This document shows, one piece after another, positions 59,051 to 64,000 of a stretch of 64,000 nt of DNA. A model generated the notes under the pieces. The model worked only from the letters and a program-made list of their open reading frames with translations. It had not been told where the DNA came from and made no database searches. The DNA is taken from positions 2,338 through 66,337 of the forward strand of contig JAKLKA010000002.1 in assembly GCA_023150915.1 (NCBI GenBank), written 5' to 3'. Position 1 is the stretch's first letter; every line of letters starts with the position of its first letter. Both the position numbers and the translations under genes were made by a program. This stretch comes from Polyangiaceae bacterium. GTDB taxonomy: Bacteria; Myxococcota_A; Polyangia; Polyangiales; Polyangiaceae.

Positions 59051-59112
59051 GCTCTTCAGTGCGATGTGAGGCTCACCGCTTCAGCCGCTCGGCCGTGCGC
59101 ACCAGGTCGACG
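59051..59112. repeat. Right junction repeat: 17 nt identical to 52160-52176 fused to the 47-bp direct repeat
   Basis: gctcttcagtgcgatgt + gaggctcaccgcttcagccgctcggccgtgcgcaccaggtcgacg; equals 52160-52341 minus exactly 120 nt. Confidence 0.95.
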
Positions 59113-60932
59113 AATTCTCGCCGGCGCTCGTCCAGCTCGCCCGAGCTGGCCAGGCGCACGGTATCGGCGAAGCTCGAGCTGCCCTTGTGCGGCGAGTCCC
59201 TGAGCAGCATGCCGAGCTCTGCAACCGCGGCGGCGAAGCGGAAGTCGTCCGACTCCTTCGCGTCGGTGTCGCGCACGACGACCTCGATCAGCTGGCTCTC
59301 GCTGCCCGCCGGCTGCTTGTAGCGGAGCTTCACCGTCGCGAGCTCGCCCCGCGCCGCCTTGCCGGTGGGCGTGCCCGGCGCCTGGTACTTCAGTGGATCG
59401 TTGCCCGGCCCGGTGGGAGCGCCGCCCGCGGGCACGATCTCGTACAGCGCCGTCACGGTGTGGTCGGCGCCGATCTCGCCGGCGTCCTTCTTGTCGTCGT
59501 TGAAGTCGTGGTGAGAAAGCACGCGGTTCTCGTAGCCGATCAGCCGGAACTCGGAGACCTCGGCAGGGTTGAATTCGATCTGGATCTTCACGTCCTTGGC
59601 GATGGTCATCAGCGTGCCGGTGGCTTGCTCGACCAGCACCTTCTTCGCCTCGTTCAGCGTGTCGATGTAGGCGTAGTTGCCGTTGCCCTTGTCGGCCAGC
59701 TTCTCCATGGTCGAGTCGTTGAAGTTGCCGGCGCCGAAGCCCAGCACGCTCAAGAACACCCCGGTCTTGGCCTTCTTTTCCACCAAGTCGACCAGATCGC
59801 TCTGGCTGGTGACGCCGACGTTGAAGTCGCCGTCCGTCGCCAAGAGCACGCGGTTGACGCCGCCCTTCACGAAGCCCTGCTTCGCGAGCTCGTAGGCGAG
59901 CTGGATGCCTTCACCCCCGTTGGTGGAACCGCCAGAGCTCAGGCGATCCAGCGCGCCGAGGATGGTGGCCCTCTGGTCACCGGGCGTGGGCGGCAGCACG
60001 GTGCCCGCCGAGCCGGCATAGGCCACGATCGACACGCGGTCCACCGCGTCGAGCTGCTGTACCAGGAGCGAGAACGCCTGCTTGAGCAGCGGGAGCTTGT
60101 TCTCGTCGCTCATCGAGCCCGAGGTGTCGACCAAGAACACCAGGTTGGTGCCGGGCACGTCGGCGGGTGCGACGTGCTTGCCCTTGAGACCCAGCTTCAG
60201 CAGCCGGTGCCCGCTGGCCCAGGGCGCCGCGCCGACCTCGCTCGAGACCGAGAACGGGCGATCGCCCGTCGGCTCGGGATAGACATAGGTGAAGTAGTTG
60301 ATCATCTCCTCGATGCGCACCGCGCCCTTGGGGGGCAGCTGGCCGTCCCTCAGATGACGGCGGACCAGCGAGTACGACGCGGTGTCGACGTCGATCGAGA
60401 AGGTCGAGCGCGGATCGGTGGCGACGCGCACGAAGGGGTTGTCCGCGAAGGCATCGTAGGCGTCGCGGTTGAACCGCTGACCCTGATTCACAACCGGCAT
60501 GTCCTCGGACGAAGCCGCCGACGCGGCCGTCCCCGGGCCCAGGGTTCCTTTCTCTTTGCCCTCGGCCTTGTCCATCGACACCGACGCGACCTCGGCCCGT
60601 CGCCCCTGGGTGGTCACGAAGAGCATCGCGCCGGCCGCGGCGGCGGTGACGGTCATGGCGGCGAAGGCCACGGCCCGCAGGCGACGCTTCGGCTTCGGCG
60701 CACCCTGCGACGCCTGCTCGGCGATGCGCTCGCGCCGCGGCGCGTCCAGCGCCGGCTTCGGCTCAGAGCCGAGCTCCTCGCGCAGAGCGCCGAGCGTGCT
60801 CTTTACGCCTGCCAGCTCCTCGCGCAAGAGCTCGGACTCCGCGAGCTCGGCCTCGAATCGCGCCAGCTCTTCGCCGCTGAGCTCGCCGAGCGCATAGTCC
60901 GTGACGCGGGGATCTTCGTGGGCAGTGCTCAT
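59073..60932 (-). CDS. Anti-sigma-like N-terminal domain / TM / vWA (YfbK-like) protein
   Basis: ORF 59073..61595 trimmed to ATG 60932; N-terminus VTDYALGELSGEELARFEAEL, one TM, MIDAS LVFLVDTSGSMS; 4-nt overlap with the ECF sigma gene. Confidence 0.85.
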   Translation of the reverse strand: MSTAHEDPRVTDYALGELSGEELARFEAELAESELLREELAGVKSTLGALREELGSEPKPALDAPRRERIAEQASQGAPKPKRRLRAVAFAAMTVTAAAAGAMLFVTTQGRRAEVASVSMDKAEGKEKGTLGPGTAASAASSEDMPVVNQGQRFNRDAYDAFADNPFVRVATDPRSTFSIDVDTASYSLVRRHLRDGQLPPKGAVRIEEMINYFTYVYPEPTGDRPFSVSSEVGAAPWASGHRLLKLGLKGKHVAPADVPGTNLVFLVDTSGSMSDENKLPLLKQAFSLLVQQLDAVDRVSIVAYAGSAGTVLPPTPGDQRATILGALDRLSSGGSTNGGEGIQLAYELAKQGFVKGGVNRVLLATDGDFNVGVTSQSDLVDLVEKKAKTGVFLSVLGFGAGNFNDSTMEKLADKGNGNYAYIDTLNEAKKVLVEQATGTLMTIAKDVKIQIEFNPAEVSEFRLIGYENRVLSHHDFNDDKKDAGEIGADHTVTALYEIVPAGGAPTGPGNDPLKYQAPGTPTGKAARGELATVKLRYKQPAGSESQLIEVVVRDTDAKESDDFRFAAAVAELGMLLRDSPHKGSSSFADTVRLASSGELDERRREFVDLVRTAERLKR

Positions 60933-61459
60933 GACGTCCTCCCGGCGGCGCGCATCGGCAGCTCGGAGTCGCGGGCGATCTCCCGCTGGATGCGCTTGAT
61001 GGCCGTGTGCAGGATGAACCCGACGTTGCTGGTCGAGAGGCCCATGATCTTCGCGATCTCCTTGTAGCTGAGCCCGCCGTCGAGCTTGAGCAGCAGTGCT
61101 TCGCGCTCGCGCTCGGGCAGCGCTTCGAGCGCGACGCCGACTCGACTCAGGGTTTGTCTCCGTTCGAGCTTCTGGATGGGTCCACTGTCCGGGGCTTCGT
61201 TCACGTCGGCGTCCTCCAGGCTGCGAAGGCGCTGCGCTTTGCGGCGCGCGTCGACCGCCCGGTGCTTGCACACCGTGAAGAGCCAGGCGGCCAGGTGCCC
61301 TTCGACCGCCTCGCGCTCTGCTTTGCAGAGCTCGAGGAACGTCTCTTGGACCACGTCTTTCGCCTGGGCTCGGTCGACGAGGGTCGCTGCGTAACGAAGA
61401 AGCGCGGCTTCGTACCGGGACAGGGCTTCCATCACCCAGCGCACCTTTCCGTCCTGCAT
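60929..61459 (-). CDS. ECF-type RNA polymerase sigma factor
   Basis: Region 2 AKDVVQETFLEL...AWLFTVCKHRAVDARRK; region 4 LSYKEIAKIMGLSTSNVGFILHTAIKRI. Confidence 0.88.
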   Translation of the reverse strand: MQDGKVRWVMEALSRYEAALLRYAATLVDRAQAKDVVQETFLELCKAEREAVEGHLAAWLFTVCKHRAVDARRKAQRLRSLEDADVNEAPDSGPIQKLERRQTLSRVGVALEALPEREREALLLKLDGGLSYKEIAKIMGLSTSNVGFILHTAIKRIQREIARDSELPMRAAGRTS

Positions 61460-61470
61460 CGCCTTCGAAG

Positions 61471-61495
61471 AGACAACGGGGCAGCCCCGGGTTTC
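61471..61495 (-). promoter_or_regulatory. Weak candidate ECF-type promoter (GAAAC-N16-GTCT) upstream of the sigma gene
   Basis: Minus-strand read agGAAACccggggctgccccgttGTCTcttcgaaggcgATG; next to an unusual A7 run (61500-61506). Confidence 0.2.
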
Positions 61496-61899
61496 TTAGA
61501 AAAAAACGCGCTTGCTCCGAAGAAGGCGAAAGTGCGTGGGATTGTCGCCGGGTGGACGGGCTTCCGGTGACCCGCGGTCGGCTCCAGAACGGCAAAGCCT
61601 CGGGGCGCCTTCCACCTCAGGCCCGGATGTTCGCGGACAATCGCCTGCGTGGCCGGCTCATCCGTGAGGAGCTCGGGGGCGATGTGTCCGGCGCCGTCGA
61701 GCCGCTCGAGGAACTCGAGCTCGTAGCGAAACTTGTCGGATCTTCGCGTAGTTCCACCCGCCCCCAGCGCGGGCTGGTTTCGTCGTCGCTCTCGTGGTGA
61801 AGGAAGGCGGGGCGGAATGCGTGTGCCTGTGGGTCGACATCTGCGCACGGGCTTCCGGTTGTCCCGGGCCGGCCCCAGGTACTTGGGCGGAGGCGAACG

Positions 61900-63174
61900 G
61901 TGGACGCAAGGGGGGACCGCGCCGAGCTTGCCACGCGCTACCGCGCGGTGCGCGACGGCACCGAGGCGCTCGCTCGCATGCTGTCCGCCGAGGACCAGCA
62001 GCTGCAGTCGATGCCGGACGCGAGCCCGACCAAGTGGCATCGCGCACACGTCACTTGGTTCTTCGAAGAGTTCCTGCTCCGCCCGAGCGGCGTCCCGCCC
62101 GTCGACGAGCGCTACCGGTACCTGTTCAACTCGTACTACGACGCGGTCGGTCCGCGGCACCCGCGACCACGCCGCGGCATCCTCTCTCGGCCCAACGCGA
62201 CCGAGGTCGAGGCCTACCGGCGGGCGATCGACGGTCGCATGCTCGAGCTTCTGCAGAGCGTGGATGATGCCCGGCTGGCCGAGCTTCGCCCCTTGCTCGA
62301 GCTCGGGCTGGCGCACGAAGAGCAGCACCAAGAGCTGATCTTGACCGACATCGTGCACGCGTTCTCCGACAGCCCGCTCCTGCCCGCGGTGCGCCAGGCG
62401 TCCGCGCGGCCCGCGCTGCCCTCCGCCGAGGCGCTTCCGCTCCGCTTCCTGGAGCACGCCGGCGGCGTGTGCGAAGTGGGTGCGGGCGCCGGCGCCGGGT
62501 TTCACTTCGACAACGAGGGGCCGCGCCACCGCGTGTTCCTCGAACCGTACGCGCTCGCGTCGCGCGCCATCACGGTGGGCGAGGTGATCGCCTTCATTCG
62601 CGCAGGGGGCTATCTGAGCCCGGCCCTCTGGCTCTCGGAGGGCTGGGACTGGGTGCGTGCGCGAGGCCGCGAGGCCCCAGCGTACTTTCGCCTGGATGGC
62701 GGGCACGCGGTGGTGTTCGGCGTGGATGGCGAGCGCGAGGCGCTGGACGCCGAGCCTGCCGCGCACCTCTCTTACTTCGAGGCCGACGCGCTCGCGCGCT
62801 TCCTCGGGGGCCGGCTGCCCACCGAGCACGAGTGGGAGCACGCGGCGGCGCGCATCGATCCACGGGACGGCAACTTCCGCGAGAGCGGCGCGTTCGCGCC
62901 GCGACCGGTGTCGACCGAGTCGTCGACGCTGCAGCTCTTCGGCGACGTCTGGGAGTGGACGTCGTCGGCTCATGCGCCCTATCCGGGCTTCTCGCCTCGG
63001 GCCGGCGCCGTCGGGGAGTACAACGGCAAGTTCATGGTGAGCCAGCTGGTGCTGCGCGGAGGCTCGTGCCTCTCGCCCCTCGGTCACCTGCGCAGCACGT
63101 ATCGAAACTTCTGGCCCCCGGGCACGTTCTTCCAGATGAGCGGCGCGCGCGTCGCACGTTCGCTAGCAGGGTAG
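61900..63174 (+). CDS. egtB: Ergothioneine biosynthesis sulfoxide synthase EgtB
   Basis: GTG 61900 preceded by GGAGG; DinB-like N-terminus (PTKWHRAHVTWFFEEF, HEEQHQEL); FGE-sulfatase-like C-terminus (GDVWEWTSS, LRGGS). Confidence 0.88.
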   Translation: MDARGDRAELATRYRAVRDGTEALARMLSAEDQQLQSMPDASPTKWHRAHVTWFFEEFLLRPSGVPPVDERYRYLFNSYYDAVGPRHPRPRRGILSRPNATEVEAYRRAIDGRMLELLQSVDDARLAELRPLLELGLAHEEQHQELILTDIVHAFSDSPLLPAVRQASARPALPSAEALPLRFLEHAGGVCEVGAGAGAGFHFDNEGPRHRVFLEPYALASRAITVGEVIAFIRAGGYLSPALWLSEGWDWVRARGREAPAYFRLDGGHAVVFGVDGEREALDAEPAAHLSYFEADALARFLGGRLPTEHEWEHAAARIDPRDGNFRESGAFAPRPVSTESSTLQLFGDVWEWTSSAHAPYPGFSPRAGAVGEYNGKFMVSQLVLRGGSCLSPLGHLRSTYRNFWPPGTFFQMSGARVARSLAG

Positions 63175-63180
63175 GCCCGC

Positions 63181-64000
63181 ATGCACGACCCGATCGCCGA
63201 CGAGGTGCGCCGCGGCCTGACCGCGCCCGCGAAGTCTTTGCCGCCGCACCTGTTCTACGACGAAGAGGGCTCGCGCCTCTACGAGCAGATCACCGAGCTC
63301 GAGGAGTACTACCCGACCCGGACCGAGCGCGCGATCCTCGCGCGCCACGCGCCGACGATGGTCGCCCTGGCCGCGAGCGACAGCCAAGAGCCGCTGTCGG
63401 TGGTCGAGCTGGGAGCGGGCTCGGCCGACAAGACTCGCCTGATCCTCTCCGCGCTGGTCGCCACGCAGCAGCGCGCGGTCTACCTCCCGGTGGACGTCTC
63501 CCCCAGCGCGCTCGAAGCCGCGCGCGCTCGCATCGAGGCGGAGATACCAGGCATCGAGGTGCGCCCCTTCGTGGGGCGGCACGAGGCAGCGAGTGAGGCC
63601 ATTTCCCGCTTGGGCCCGCGCCGGCTGGTGCTGTTCATCGGCAGCTCCATCGGCAACTTCGAGGACGACGCCGCGGTGAGCTTGCTCCGCGCCGTGCGCC
63701 GCGGGCTCGTTCCCGGCGACGCGCTCTTGCTCGGGACCGACATGAAGAAGTCCCCCGCGCGCCTGCTGCCTGCCTACGACGACGCCCGCGGGGTGACCGC
63801 AGAGTTCAACAAGAACATCCTGGCGCGCATCAACCGCGAGCTGGGGGGCCGCTTCGAGCTCGAGCGATTCAAGCACGTGGCGCTGTGGAACGCGGCCGCG
63901 TCGCGCGTCGAGATGCACCTCGAGAGCCGCGTGGACCACTCCGTGCGCATCGACGCGCTGGGGCTCGACGTGAGCTTTCGCCGGGGCGAGCGCATCCACA
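63181..64000 (+). CDS. egtD: L-histidine N-alpha-methyltransferase EgtD (3' end beyond window)
   Basis: Hand translation from ATG 63181: LPPHLFYDEEGSRLYEQITELEEYYPTRTERAIL, ELGAGSADKT, FIGSSIGNF, AYDDARGVTAEFNKNILARINREL. No stop in window, so absent from the ORF track. Confidence 0.88.
   Translation, partial: MHDPIADEVRRGLTAPAKSLPPHLFYDEEGSRLYEQITELEEYYPTRTERAILARHAPTMVALAASDSQEPLSVVELGAGSADKTRLILSALVATQQRAVYLPVDVSPSALEAARARIEAEIPGIEVRPFVGRHEAASEAISRLGPRRLVLFIGSSIGNFEDDAAVSLLRAVRRGLVPGDALLLGTDMKKSPARLLPAYDDARGVTAEFNKNILARINRELGGRFELERFKHVALWNAAASRVEMHLESRVDHSVRIDALGLDVSFRRGERIH

Noticed and set aside
61618-61737. Protein-like peptide on the minus strand, DKFRYELEFLERLDGAGHIAPELLTDEPATQAIVREHPGL, reminiscent of the N-terminal lobe of aminoglycoside/choline-kinase-type phosphotransferases
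   Set aside because: Only about 40 aa, with no start, no catalytic motifs and no clear end. At best it is a decayed remnant in the 440-bp gap between the ECF sigma gene and egtB. It cannot be supported as a feature without a database search.

Overview
Very GC-rich (about 70% by eye), gene-dense chromosomal window. The MYXO-CTERM-type sorting tail, a MopE-like DDNCNG Cys motif and many lipoproteins with Gly/Ser/Thr-rich linkers point to a myxobacterium (Myxococcota). About 60 protein-coding genes can be supported; I found no rRNA, tRNA, CRISPR array, transposase or integrase. Most long ORFs in the track are antisense or N-terminally over-extended artefacts of high GC, and I chose frames by protein motifs, GC3 bias and start context.

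Housekeeping blocks:
- rpmE-DUF1385-prfA
- psd
- nadC-birA
- pdxJ-acpS-nnr
- egtB-egtD

Accessory content:
- MazEF and VapBC toxin-antitoxin modules
- two ECF sigma factors, one paired with an anti-sigma/vWA protein
- two GT39 (PMT-type) glycosyltransferase paralogs around a MYXO-CTERM protein
- a Tat-DUF362 / polyferredoxin / hemerythrin operon
- a divergent pair of citrate-synthase-like genes, one fused to an HTH domain

Best candidate for something new: a 6.7-kb block (52342-59050) bracketed by 47-bp direct repeats. It carries a tightly coupled enoyl-CoA hydratase / acyl-CoA dehydrogenase / glycyl-radical enzyme / activase operon and ends inside a truncated acyltransferase gene.

All calls come from reading the sequence and translations; no database searches were run.
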